Shown here: in pieces, positions 36,905-48,649 of the stretch
Numbering within the stretch: the stretch's first letter is position 1
Layout of the letters: every line of letters begins with the position of its first letter
NCBI GenBank assembly: GCA_030265395.1
Contig: JARFYF010000046.1
Location: 13,488,084 to 13,552,083, forward strand
DNA from: Rhina ancylostomus
Lineage: Eukaryota
DNA length: 64,000 nucleotides
Reading direction: 5' to 3'
Notes under the pieces: generated by a model
What the model was told of the DNA's origin: nothing
The model's database searches: none
What the model saw: the letters and a program-made list of their open reading frames with translations, nothing else
Position numbers and translations under genes: made by a program

Positions 36905-39900
36905 TAGCTAGAGCAGAGAACGACACAGGCCCTTCGGCCTATGATGTTGTGCCAACCTATATAAACTTTATCCACATTCCACCTATTCCACTCTCTACCT
37001 CTCCTCCCATAACCCTCTATTTTTCTTTCATCCATGTGCTGATCAGAGAGTCCCTTAAATGACCCTATCGTATCAGCCCCTACCAATACCCCTGGCAGTG
37101 CATTCCACCACTCTGTGTGTATAAAAATAAAACCTGCCTCTGACATCCCCCTTGAACTTTCCTCCATGCACTCTAAATGAATGACCTCTAGTATTGGTTA
37201 TTACTGCCCTGGAGAAAAGATGCTGGCTGTCCACTCTGTCTATGCCTCTCAAAATTTTATATACCTCTATCAAGTCTCCTCTTGTCCTTTGTCTCTCCGA
37301 GGAGAAAAGCCCTAACTTGCTCAGCCTCTCCTCATAAGACATTTTCTCTAATCCAGGCAGCATTCTTGTAAATCTCCTCTGCATCCTCTCCAAAGCTTCC
37401 ACATCCTTCCTCTTAATGTGATAATCAGAGCTGAACACAATATTCCAGATGTGGTCTAACCAGGGTCTTGTACTGCTGCAACATTACCTCTCTGCTCTTG
37501 AACACAATCCCCCAGCTGATGAAGGCCAGCACACCATGTGTCTTTTTAACCACCCTATCAACTTCCGCAGCAGCTTTGAGGGATCTATGTATTTGAACTC
37601 ATCTCCCTGTTCCTCCACACTGCTAAGAATCCTATCATTAATCTGTACTCTGCCTTCAAGTTAGATCTTCCAAAGTGCATCTTTTCAGTCTCCAGATTGA
37701 ATTCCATCTGCCACTTCTCTGCCCAGTTCTGTATCTTGTCAATATCCTGTTGCAACCTGCGACAGCCTTCTGCACTTTCTACTACGCAACCAACCTTTGT
37801 CTCATCTGCAAACTTATTAACCCCCTTCCACATCCTCATCCAAGTTGTATATAGAAAAATCACAAAGAGCAGGGGTCCCAGAACAGATCCCTGCAGAACA
37901 CCACTAGTCACAGACCNNNNNNNNNNNNNNNNNNNNNNNNNNNNNNNNNNNNNNNNNNNNNNNNNNNNNNNNNNNNNNNNNNNNNNNNNNNNNNNNNNNN
38001 NNNNNNNNNNNNNNNNNNNNNNNNNNNNNNNNNNNNNNNNNNNNNNNNNNNNNNNNNNNNNNNNNNNNNNNNNNNNNNNNNNNNNNNNNNNNNNNNNNNN
38101 NNNNNNNNNNNNNNNNNNNNNNNNNNNNNNNNNNNNNNNNNNNNNNNNNNNNNNNNNNNNNNNNNNNNNNNNNNNNNNNNNNNNNNNNNNNNNNNNNNNN
38201 NNNNNNNNNNNNNNNNNNNNNNNNNNNNNNNNNNNNNNNNNNNNNNNNNNNNNNNNNNNNNNNNNNNNNNNNNNNNNNNNNNNNNNNNNNNNNNNNNNNN
38301 NNNNNNNNNNNNNNNNNNNNNNNNNNNNNNNNNNNNNNNNNNNNNNNNNNNNNNNNNNNNNNNNNNNNNNNNNNNNNNNNNNNNNNNNNNNNNNNNNNNN
38401 NNNNNNNNNNNNNNNNNNNNNNNNNNNNNNNNNNNNNNNNNNNNNNNNNNNNNNNNNNNNNNNNNNNNNNNNNNNNNNNNNNNNNNNNNNNNNNNNNNNN
38501 NNNNNNNNNNNNNNNNNNNNNNNNNNNNNNNNNNNNNNNNNNNNNNNNNNNNNNNNNNNNNNNNNNNNNNNNNNNNNNNNNNNNNNNNNNNNNNNNNNNN
38601 NNNNNNNNNNNNNNNNNNNNNNNNNNNNNNNNNNNNNNNNNNNNAAAGAGCAGGGGTCCCAGAACAGATCCCTGCAGAACACCACTAGTCACAGACCTCA
38701 AGATCAAATACTCCCCTTCTCCAACCACCCTCTGACTTCTGTGGGCAAGCCAATTCAGAATCCACATAGCCAATTTTCCATGGATCCCGTACCTCATGAC
38801 CTTCTGGATGAGCCTTCCATGGGGAACCTTGTCAAATGCTTTGCTAAAGTCCATGTATACCACATCCACTGCTCTACCTTCATCAATCTGCCTTGTCACT
38901 TCCTTGAAAAAAACTCTAACAGGCTTGTGAAGCATGACCTGCCCTTCACAAAGCCATGTTGATGATCCCTTATAAGATATGCATCTCCAAATGCTTGTAA
39001 ACCTTGTCCCTAAGAATCCTCTCCAATAGCTTGTCCACCACTGATGTAGGATTAACTGGTTTATAATTCCCAGGATCATCCTTTTTACTTTTCTTGAACA
39101 GTAGGCAGGGAGGACTCAATCTCTTCCCTCACTTCCCATTGTACCCTGGGGTAGATCCTATCTGACCCTGGAGACCTATCTATCCTAATGGTCTTCAGTA
39201 GCTCCAACACTCTTTAACCTCAACATGCTCCAACGCAATTTCCTGTTCTACGCTAACCTCCCCTTCATTTAAGTCCCTCTCCTTGGTGAACATTGAAGCA
39301 AAGTATTCATTCAAGACCTCCCCTACCTTCTTTGCCTCCCAACACATTTTTCCTCCATTATCCCTGAACAGTCCTACCCTCACCCTAGCCATCCTCGTGC
39401 AGAATGCCCTAGGGTTTCCCTTAACCCTACTTGACAAGGCCTTCTCATGCCCCCTTTCTTGCTCTTGTAAGTCCTTTCTTAAGTTTCTTCCTGGCTACGT
39501 TACAACTCTCAAGTCCTGACTGAGTTTTGCTTCCTCAACTTTAAATAGGTTTATTTCCTCTTGACTATATCTTCCACCTCTTGTAACCATAGTTCCTTCC
39601 CTTGTTTCAGTGGGACAAACCCATCTAGAACCCCCTGCAAATAGTCCCTAAACAATCTCCATAAGCCCTGTCTCCTGCCTATCACTTTCTCTGTACACAT
39701 CACATCTACTTCTACACCAACTGATCCATCAACTAATCTAACACACTGGTTCCCCTCCCCCTGCCAACCCAGTTTAAACCCTCCCCAACAGCACTTGCCA
39801 ACCTGCTTGCAAGGACATCGGTCCCTCTCGAGTTCAGGTGTAATATGTCCTTTCTGGACAAGTTGTATCTACCCCAGAAGAGATCCCAATGGTCCACAAA

Positions 39901-40930
39901 TCTGCACCAACTCTTCAGCCATTCGTTTATTTGCCTTATCCTCATCGTCTTTCCCTCCCTGGTGTGTAGTACAGGTAGCAACCCAGACATTATTACCCTT
40001 GAAGTCCTGCTTTTTAACTTCCTTCCCAACTCCCAAAACTCACTTTTCAGGACCTCATACCTTATTTTACTTATGTCGTTGGTGCCAATGTGTACCACTA
40101 CCTGGCTGATTCCCCTCAAGAATACTGTGCACTCAATCTGAGGCATCCCTGACCCTGGCACCTGGGAGTCAACAAACCATCCTGGAGTCTCGTTCTTGTC
40201 CACAGAATCTCCTGTCTGTTTGAATCCCCTATCACTATCGCACTCCTCTTCTCTCTTTTCTCCCAAAGATTTGGCTGCTGTGGCTCTCCACTGGTGATAC
40301 ATTCCACCTTCCCCCCCCCCCCCCAAAAAAACAGTATCCAAAACAATATACCAGTTATCAAGGGAAAGGGTATTCTATACCAACTGCCTATTCCTTTCTC
40401 CCCCTCATAATGGTCACCCAACTACCTGTATCCTGCACCCTAGATGTAACTGCCTCCTGGTAATTCCAATCTATCATCTCTTTAGCTTCTTGAATGATCT
40501 GGAGTTCATCCAGCTCCCTAATGTGGTCTGTAAGGAACTGCAGCTGGATGCACTTTCTGCAGGTGTAGTCTTCAGGGACACTAGAGGTATCTCTGACTTT
40601 CCACATCCTACAGGAGGAGCATATTTCGGCCCTGACTGCCATTCCCACTGTTCTACACGAAGAAAATTACAAAAAGGAGAACCTACCAGAAGAACCCTCC
40701 GCTCACCTACCTTGCTTCATGCCAAAGCCTCAAATCCCAACTCTAACACTGTCTCACAATGGCCGCTCCGCTTGACTATAACGTTTTATTGGCAGCTACT
40801 GCATATTATCTAGTTAGCTAAGCAACAGTCCTATCTACTCGCCACAGTGACAAGAACTACAAAAACGGGCCTACCTTTCTAAACTGCTTCCTCTCATGAT
40901 ACTTAGCACGGCAAATGGGACTTCCCGCTC
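36905..40930 (-). mobile_element. Near-full-length CR1 (HER1-like) LINE, decayed, endonuclease internally deleted
   Basis: ORF1 CxxC..CxxC (CSSCRMW..YTCRKC) plus esterase (VVVHIGTNDI..DILHLN). ORF2 RT: VDVVYMDFSKAFDKVPHGRL, GVLQGSVLGPLLF, KFADETK, LERMQRRFTRMLPGL..RGDLIEVYKI..TRGH. CR1 tail near 36905-36950. The 5' boundary is approximate. Confidence 0.93.
37917..38644. other. Assembly gap (728 N) whose flanks carry an identical 53-bp sequence
   Basis: 37864-37916 equals 38645-38697. Other gaps: 10 N at 2930, 4748, 14656 and 60632; 100 N at 21106, 29446, 42569, 53813 and 56224; 431 N at 57992. Confidence 0.95.
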
Positions 40931-42055
40931 CCATGCTTGTACTATTCACCCCAGCAACTAATTATTTATTTGGCCAGTGCTCAATTGGGATTTTGTACAA
41001 GTTCATATCTTGAATTTGACAGGTTAGATTTGGGAGAAATTTGTTTTTGTGCTGACTGTTTCAGTTGTATGTTTTTCACTTTCACTTTTTTTGTTTAGCT
41101 GTTTTTGGGGTGCTAATTTTTTTTAAACTGATCATTTTAAAACTTACTAGAATGAAGCTTGCTAAATGATCCCCTGTTCAAACCTGGTGAAATCAAATCA
41201 GGTGTAGCCTGGCTGCCATGGAGTTGTACTTTGGGATGCCGTTGGAAACTTTGGTTGTTCCTGTGGCTCACATGAATGTTAAATGGAAAACTTCTCCTGC
41301 TGTACTTTACATGTGGGTAAGCAGTGGGTCTTTATCCTGGCAGATGAAATTCTGTGCAGAAAAGTGAGAAGTCATGCACCTAGGCAGGAAAAATGAAAGT
41401 GAATAATGCAAAATAGTATGGTTGTAAACAAGTTACAACAGAGACCTGCTGACGTTAGTGCAGAGTCAGCAGAACATGGTACAAAAGTTTTTTTTTAAAA
41501 AGTGTCCTGAGCATAGATCGGACAAGTCTGAAAGTTATTGCTAAACCATTGCTAAACCTGTGTTAAATGCCTTGAACTCACCTGATGTGTTGTGTCCACT
41601 TTCTGAGTCCTACACTTCAGGGAGTATGTTGAAAGCTTTTGGAAGGATATAGAACAAGCCATCCTCTGATCATCAGGCTCAGCATATAAATGCCAAAGAC
41701 AAGGATGAAGCATTCATAATCTTGTTCAGCCAAAGATGCTGAAATCCCCACAGTCACAGAAACCAGTCTCCAGCCAATTTGATTAACTCTGCGTGATATC
41801 ATGAAATGATTGAGACCACTGGATACAGCAAATGCTATGAGATCAGGCACCATCCCTGCTGTAATACTGAAGACCCATTCTCAAGAACTAACTGTGCTGC
41901 TTGCCAGACTGTCAGGTAGTTGCCAGTGTTGTAAATGTACAATGTGAAAAATTGCCTAGGTGTGTCCTATGTATACAAAGCAGGGCTAAGTGGCTACTTA
42001 TTGCCCAATCATTCCACTCAGCAATCAGTATATTGACACTATCAACTAGCACATA

Positions 42056-43722
42056 CAGTTGCATGCAAAAGTTTGTGCACCCCTAGTCAAAATTTGTTAC
42101 TGTGAAAAGCGAAGCAAGTAAAAGATGACCTGACTTTCAAAAGGCATAAAGTTAAAAATAACATTTCTTTAATATTTTAAGCAAGATTACTTTTTTATTT
42201 CCATCTTTTGCAGTTTCAAGATAAAAAGAAAAGGGCCCTAAGCAAAAGTCTTGGCACCCTGCATGGTCAATACTTAGTAACACCCCTTTTGGCAAGTTTC
42301 ACAGCTTGTAAACGCTTTCTGTAGCCAGCTAAGTCTTTCAATTCTTTTTTGGGAGATTTTTACCCATCCTTCCTTGCAAAAGGCTTCTAGTTCTGTGAGA
42401 TTCTTGGGCCATCTTGTAAGCGCTACTCTTTTGAGGTCTGTCCACAGATTTTCGATGATGTTTAGGTCGGGGGACTGTGAGGGCCATGGCAAAACCTTCA
42501 GCTTGTGCCTCGAGTTTGTCCATTCATGGATTTTGAGGTGTGTTTAGGATCATTACTCTGTTGTAGAANNNNNNNNNNNNNNNNNNNNNNNNNNNNNNNN
42601 NNNNNNNNNNNNNNNNNNNNNNNNNNNNNNNNNNNNNNNNNNNNNNNNNNNNNNNNNNNNNNNNNNNNTTACAGACAGTGTGATGTTTGCTTCCAGAATT
42701 TGCTGGTATTTAATTGAATTCATTCTTCCATCTGCCAGTGAAATGTTCCCTGTGCCACTGGCTGCAATGCAAGCCCAAAACATGATTGATCCACCACCAT
42801 GCTTAACAGTTGGAGAGAGGTTTTTTTTCATGAAATTCTACACCCTTTTTTCTCCAAACATACCTTCGCTCATTGTGGCCAAAAAGTTCTATTTTAACTT
42901 CTTCAGTCTACAGGACTTGTCTCCAAAATGCATCAGCCTTGTTTAGATGTTCCTTTGCAAACTTCTGATGCTGAATTTTGTGTGAACACAGGAAAGGTTT
43001 TCTTCTGATAACTCTTCCGTGAAGGTCATATTTGTGCAGGTGTCACTGCACAGTAGAACAGTGCACCACTACTCCCGAGTCTGCTAAATCTTCCTGAAGG
43101 TCTTTTGCAATCAAACGAGCGTTTTGATTTGCCTTTCTAGCAATCCTATGAGCAGTTCTCTCGGAAAGTGTTCTTGGTCTTCAAGACCTCAACTTGACCT
43201 CCACTGTTCCTGTTAACTGCCATTTCTTAATTGCATTATGAACTGAGGAAACGGCTCCCTGAAAACACTTTGCGATCTTCTAGCCTTCTCCTGCTTTGTG
43301 GGTATCACTTATTTTAAGTTTCAGAGTGCTAGGCAGCTGCTTAGAGGAGCCCCTGGCTGCTGATTGTTGGGACAAGGTTTGAGGAATCAGGGTATTTATA
43401 AAGCTTTGAAATTTGCATTACCTGGCCTTCCCTGATAATGACCGTGAACAAGCCATTGCCCTAACAAGCTAATAAAGGTCTGAGACGTTGGTAAAAGTTA
43501 TCTGAGCTCATATCTCCTGGGGTCCCCAAACTTTTGCATGGTGCTCCTTTCCTTTATTTTCACTCTAAAACTGTACAAACACAAATAATACACTAATCCT
43601 GCTTAAAATGTGGGAAAGAATGTTTCATCTTAAACTTTATGACTTTTGGAGATTAGTTCATGTTCTACTATTCACAGTAACAGAAATTTTGACTGGGGTG
43701 CCCAAACTTTTGCCTGCCACTG
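42056..43722 (-). mobile_element. Tc1-family DNA transposon of IR/DR type, full-length footprint (about 1.67 kb including a 100-N gap)
   Basis: TA TSDs at 42054-55 and 43723-24. TIR ends CAGTTGCATGCAAAAGTTTGTGCACCCC and (reverse complement) CAGTGGCAGGCAAAAGTTTGGGCACCCC. Inner DRs at about 42242-42260 and 43519-43540 give TIRs of about 200 bp. Confidence 0.95.
42267..43354 (-). pseudogene. Tc1 transposase pseudogene
   Basis: The presumed start ATG now reads AGG (43354-43352). GSSKQLPSTLK..HKAGEG..IKKWQLTGTVE..RPR..LHKYDLHGRVIRRKPFL; PTVKHGGGSIMFWAC; WPSQSPDLNIIENLW; ends VTKY*. Stops and frameshifts are present. Confidence 0.92.
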
Positions 43723-44779
43723 TATTCACCAATAACCTGCTCACTGATGCCCATTTTGGGCTTCACCAGGGCCACTTGGCCCTGGACTTCATCACAGCTT
43801 TGGTCCAAACATAGGTAAAAGAACTGAATTTTGGAGGTGAGGCAAGTGTGACATCAAGGCAGCATTTGACTGAATGTGGCATCAAGGCGCTCCAGTAAAA
43901 CAGATGTCATTGGGAAAGTACTCTAGTCGTTGGAGTCATACATTGCAAAAAGCAAGTCAGCTGTGGTTAGCGGAGATTAATCATCCCAGCCTCAGCATGT
44001 CATTGCAAATGTTCTTCAGGATGGTGTCTTGTGCCCAACCACCTTCAGCTGCTTCATCAATGACCTTCCTTCCATCATCAGGTCAGAAGTTGGAATATTT
44101 GCTGATGATGGCACAAAGTTCAATTCCATTCTCAGCCATGCCTACAAGATGCAAGACTGAGACAACATTCAAACATTGGCTTAATAGGTAACATTTGTGT
44201 CACAAAAGTGTGAAGTAATGACCATCTCCAAGGAGAATTTAATCAACCATCCTTGACATTCAATGATATTATCATTGGGTTTCCCTGGGGATCACCACTG
44301 ACCAGAGATTCAACTGGATTGGGCTACAAGGGCAGGTCAGAGGCTGGGTATTCCATGGTGAATGACCCATAGTTTCTCAGTCCTGATAAGAGATGTTAGC
44401 ACTTTTTTGCCTCCATGTGCGCTGTGTGACCTGTTAAATATTTCTTCACATTTTCTGTTTTTACTTAGTTCTCATACCTGTATTATTTTGTATTTTGAAT
44501 AAGGGGCCATGCTCCATGATAAGAGGTCAACCACTTGGCTGAGGAAGAGTTCCTCATGTTAGGGTTGTTTTTTTGGGATTGTTCACATCTGAGAAATGTG
44601 GATGTTGAGTCAATAACCTCATTCAAGGATGAGAGATTTTTGGGCTATTGGAGTACCCAGGGTTTGGAAATCGGGCAGGAAAGTATAATTGAGGCTAAAG
44701 ATCAGACCAGCTTTGATCTGATGGTTGAGCATGCTCCACAGCCAGTCTGGCTCACCGCTGCTCTTTATCATTTACACTC

Positions 44780-45110
44780 GTGCAAATGTACAAAATAAAA
44801 ACAGCTGATTGGTGCAAAGCAAAATCCATCCAAAATATTTATGTGAATGGCTAGAAAATCTGTTGAGTTAATGTTGGTCAAATAGCAGGATACTGTGGGG
44901 GTCAGTTGCCTTTTATGTCCTGTGGAATCTCCTGTAGCTCACTTGAGAGGATACTAGTTTTTTTCTTTTATTGTTTCAGCGGAAAGGTAAAATTGGCGAT
45001 ATTAAAATTGGCAGTTCACTGAAATGCATCTTGGATTAAATGCTGACGAATCTGGTATGGACATTGAATCCATGATCTGATTCATAGATCGGCTAGAGTA
45101 GTAACAGTGC
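44780..45110 (-). mobile_element. Old Deu-domain SINE (SacSINE1/AmnSINE1-like)
   Basis: Colinear decayed match to the reverse DeuSINE consensus: cagctgattggtgcaaagcaaaatcc..aatctgttgagttaatgttggt..caggatact..cacttgagagg..gaaaggt..ttgaatccatgatctgattca. Confidence 0.5.
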
Positions 45111-46109
45111 CTGTGGTGAAATAATTAATTTTAGGTACTTAATGCACTGAAATACATTTGCCAGTTCTAGATTTTAATTAAGTAAATCCACATTCAGTTA
45201 AGCAGTTTTGGCATTGAGTGATGTTGATTTGAATATTGTGGCAACTTTGCTTCAGCTGTTTATAGTTGTCACTTGAAATTACAGCATAGCAGTTAAACCA
45301 GAGTTTGGAATTAATTACAGACTCTTGTAGGTGGATGTGTCTGTGGTTGAGATTATTGAAAAGATCAATCTCAGTATTGATTTTGCATGATTAGAATTTT
45401 TGCTAACTTAGTATATTTTGGATTTAAACTGTAAATTTCTTATTTTTCTACTGTTAAAGTTAACTCCAATTAAAAGGACAGGTTTTCCCTGCACAGCTTT
45501 TAAGAATTGATCATTATTTTTCTCACTTAAAAATCATTTAAGCATGTCATGTTTCTTTGCAAAACAACTCTCCATATTATCTTGTTCTTAGCAGTGTGGG
45601 TTAAGTATCCTTCCTTGCAGCAAGCGGTCTAAAACTTTGCACTGTGTATAACTGTCCCATTAGTTATTATCTTCTATCATTTTATCACTTCTCTTTTGCT
45701 TTCCATCTTTCTTAAAAGGTCCATGTACTATTAGTTTTTATTGGCTAAATGCAGTTACGTTATCTGGGGTTATCTATTTTTCACGGTACATGTTTGTTTC
45801 TCATTTTTGCCTTTGCCAAGAATGGGAATTAATTCTTCAATGTATTACCTCAAACTTATCCACCTTAACTTGCATTTATTATCTGTCTACCTATTTTGAT
45901 GACCTTTTTGGTCACCAGGAAAACCTTCTTCTCAATGTCTTTTTAAAAACACCTATTTAAAAGATTGCACAGCAATCTGTGAGGTTAAATATACTTGAAG
46001 AATAAAATGGTAGGTGAACTGTTGGTGTATACAGTTGGGTAGGAGGTTAATTTTTTGATTTTATAAAACTCTTGCTGTTGAAATCTTCTATGCTGCCCTC
46101 TCCAAGGTT

Positions 46110-46520
46110 TACAGGAAGTATGTGGAGGCTTTGCTCAGGGTGCAGAAGAAGGTTATCGGTATGCTGCCTGGATTAGAACGCATGAGCTATAAGGAGAGGT
46201 TGAATGAACTTGGATTATTTTCTCTGGAGTGTCAGAGGCTGAGAGGAGACCTGATCAAAGTTTATAAAAATAAAAATGAGAGGCATAGATAAGGGAGATG
46301 GTCAGAATCCTTTTCACAGGGTAGGAATATCAAGCACCAGAGGACGTGCATTTAAGGTGAGTGGGAGAAAGTTTAAAGGAGATTGTGGGGCAGGTGTTTG
46401 TTTTACAGAGTGGCTGGTTCCTGGAATGGGGTTTCAGGGGCAGTGGTGGAAACTGAATCAATAGTGGCATTTAAGAGGCTGTTAGTTGGACAAAGAAGGG
46501 CAAGGCCATGGAGGGATTTG
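46110..46520 (+). mobile_element. CR1 3' fragment
   Basis: ALLRVQKKVIGMLPGLERMSYKERLNELGLFSLECQRLRGDLIKVYK..TRGRAFKV. Confidence 0.85.
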
Positions 46521-47254
46521 AAAACAAGAATGTAGGTCAAGAGCTTAGGTGAGGAAGGTGTGCAGGTGAACAAGACTTATTGCAAGTTATGGTCCCTGTA
46601 GCTGGATGGGAAGTCCAGTTTTAATGAGGGAGGTCAGATAGGTGTTGAGTGGAATCCCGAAGTCTGGGGGAGTACAAGTCCTAATAAAGTTCACAGGTGA
46701 TCAAAGTGAAACAAAGGCCCAAGTCTGCGTCATTTACATACATTATGAGAAGTGGTCACAAGATTGAAAGTTTGGGGTTTGAGGATTGTGCAAGGTAGTC
46801 AGGAAAATCAAAAATCATGACGGAAGGATTGATCGCCAGAAGGAACAGATTTCAAGTAATTTGCAAAAGAGTCAGCTGAATGAAAATAATAACTCTCAGT
46901 AGGGAATTGAATGAGAAAATATTGCTGGGATATGTAGAGAGAGTCGGGGAATGGAACTAACTGTAGATTTGATGGGCTTGATTTGTCAATGCAACTGATG
47001 TAATACTGATTTTGAACTTTACCGAACTTATTTGCAGCACACTTTGTACATTGCAGTCTTTAACTCTATCATCTGTTGAATTCAAACTGTGATTCTGACA
47101 ACTTCAAATGAACTGAAATGCTTTGTGTGGCATCATTTGACATTATTTTTAAGCATTTTGATTCTGTGTCCTTTCGGGGAGCTCGTCCACTCTAGGTTGA
47201 GTGAACGTGATGTCTTTTTGCCTCAGTTGAATGTTGTGCACAAAACTCAAGATG

Positions 47255-47435
47255 GAAAATGCTGGAAAAGCTCAGCAGAAGTAACATTTCAGGTCAAACA
47301 CCTTTCACAGCGTAAGGGTCTTCAACCTGAAATATTAACTTTTTTTCTATTTCCACAGATGTTGCCCATCTTGAGAGTTTCCAGCATTTTCTGATTTAAT
47401 TTCAGATTTCTGGTATCTGCAGTTTTTATTTGATT
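47255..47435. repeat. Penelope-like fold-back element 80 bp upstream of exon 3
   Basis: GAAAATGCTGGAAA (47255-47268) is the exact reverse complement of 47378-47391. Inner arms gtaacatttcaggtcaaacacctt and aagggtcttcaacctgaaatattaac also pair. Confidence 0.8.
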
Positions 47436-47514
47436 TTCATTGTCTATAGTACATTTATTCAAAGTTTAGGAGCTGCATTTCATTTTTTCATAACATATTT
47501 TTCTTGCATTTCAG

Positions 47515-47599
47515 TGGTAGATGCGGGTCTCTGGGAAAATGGACTCACATATGAATGCAGAACACTGCTCTTTAAAGCCATTCATAATTTATTAGAAAG
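47515..47599 (+). CDS. MED13L: MED13L coding exon (equivalent to exon 3; 85 nt, phase 1 to phase 2)
   Basis: Acceptor tttttcttgcatttcAG and donor AAG|GTAAGG. Translation (x)[27 protein letters not shown](R) matches the MED13/MED13L N-terminus as I recall it. GLW and AIHN are MED13L-type residues (MED13 has GVW and AVHN). Confidence 0.93.
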
Positions 47600-48649
47600 G
47601 TAAGGCAACATGGATACTTTAAAAATTATTGAATATTCAGCTGAAATTTTGCAAAAACATGCATGGTAATGTTTATGAGTATATATGAATTTGTATGTAG
47701 CATGCAGAGATATCTTGTATTCTGAACGCACTTTAGAGGAATGTTTGGTCTGTTCAGCTTTCCTTTTCCATAAGCATTTTGTTATATTTTGCAAGAAGAT
47801 AAAGGTTTTATTAAAACAGTCAGACTTTTTGAAAATACTCCAAGTATATAATTTGGCTTCAGATATGAGCTGTAGAAGTCTTCTAGCAATTAACAATAAT
47901 CTCCTTTTAATTCTATCAGAGTTGATCTTTATGGCATCTTAAAGGTAAACAAACTTTGTATCTCATTCAAGTAGCAATAGGTAGTTTTAAAACATATTTT
48001 AGGAAATGCTAAACTTTTTCAATAGATTTGTAGGTCAGTCTCAGTCAATTTTTCTTGCAATGTGAGGACTTGGACCAATAATTTGCATGATGTTGGATTT
48101 GCTGGTGCTGGCTGTCAATATTCATGTTAGTCATAGTGTGCAGGAAATCACAAGGACTGTTTATGAATCATGGCATAAGTTGGATTACTTCCCATTACAG
48201 TTCACTAAAGCTCCCAATTTTGTATTTATTAAATTAAAATAATACTTCAAATATGTATGGCAGAATGGTGAATGCTTCAATTCTTCAGGAAAAGGTAGTT
48301 GCAAGGCATCTTTTAAAACCTGAGCTTTTGGCCAGTGAAACCCCTTTTGTGGTTCTGAGTTGAGTTGCGGATAGGTAAAGGAACCAGTGTCTCATGTAAA
48401 CCACTTGAGGAACATAGTTTGTCTGTGTCTATACATCAGAAATCTCTTTACTGTATCCTGAGTGATGTGTTTATCTCAGCCCACGTGGGGATAATTGTTC
48501 CTTTTAAAATAGCACGATTACATTTTCGTTGGCCAAATTTGAAATTTGGCAACAGATTTGTTCAGACTTTTAATGGCTTGGAACTTGGGTTATTGGGAAA
48601 TACTTTAAAATAAAAAGAATCCAAAAGTTTTGTGCATTTTCCCCTCGCT

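Larger units (their letters stand above)
41680..44370 (+). mobile_element. CR1-group non-LTR retrotransposon (a family distinct from the HER1-like CR1), split by a Tc1 insertion
   Basis: Left of the Tc1: IPAVILKT..EL..KIAxVCP..YCPI. Right of it: FTNNLLTDAHFGLHQGH..DFITALVQT..DIKAAFD..WHQGA..FADDG. The RT reads continuously across the TA insertion site. Confidence 0.8.
1..47514 (+). other. MED13L: MED13L intron 2 (3' portion; exon 2 lies upstream of the window)
   Basis: No exon-2-like sequence (ELWIFWWG region) was seen. The + strand looks T/G-rich, consistent with a + transcription unit, and the interval ends at the exon 3 acceptor. Confidence 0.75.

Noticed and set aside
37864-38697. Apparent 53-bp direct repeat flanking a 728-N gap, and the long X-filled ORFs spanning it
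   Set aside because: The RT reads continuously if the two copies are merged, so this is most likely an unmerged contig overlap. The 29446 gap (22-bp overlap), 53813 gap (ccactt) and 56224 gap (agaagaa) show the same pattern.
41150-41340. Possible LF-SINE-like remnant (GTTCAAACC box)
   Set aside because: Similarity by eye is too weak to support a family call.
47515-47520. Alternative TAG acceptor 6 nt inside exon 3
   Set aside because: The upstream CAG has the pyrimidine tract and gives the expected 85-nt exon; nothing supports use of the downstream AG.
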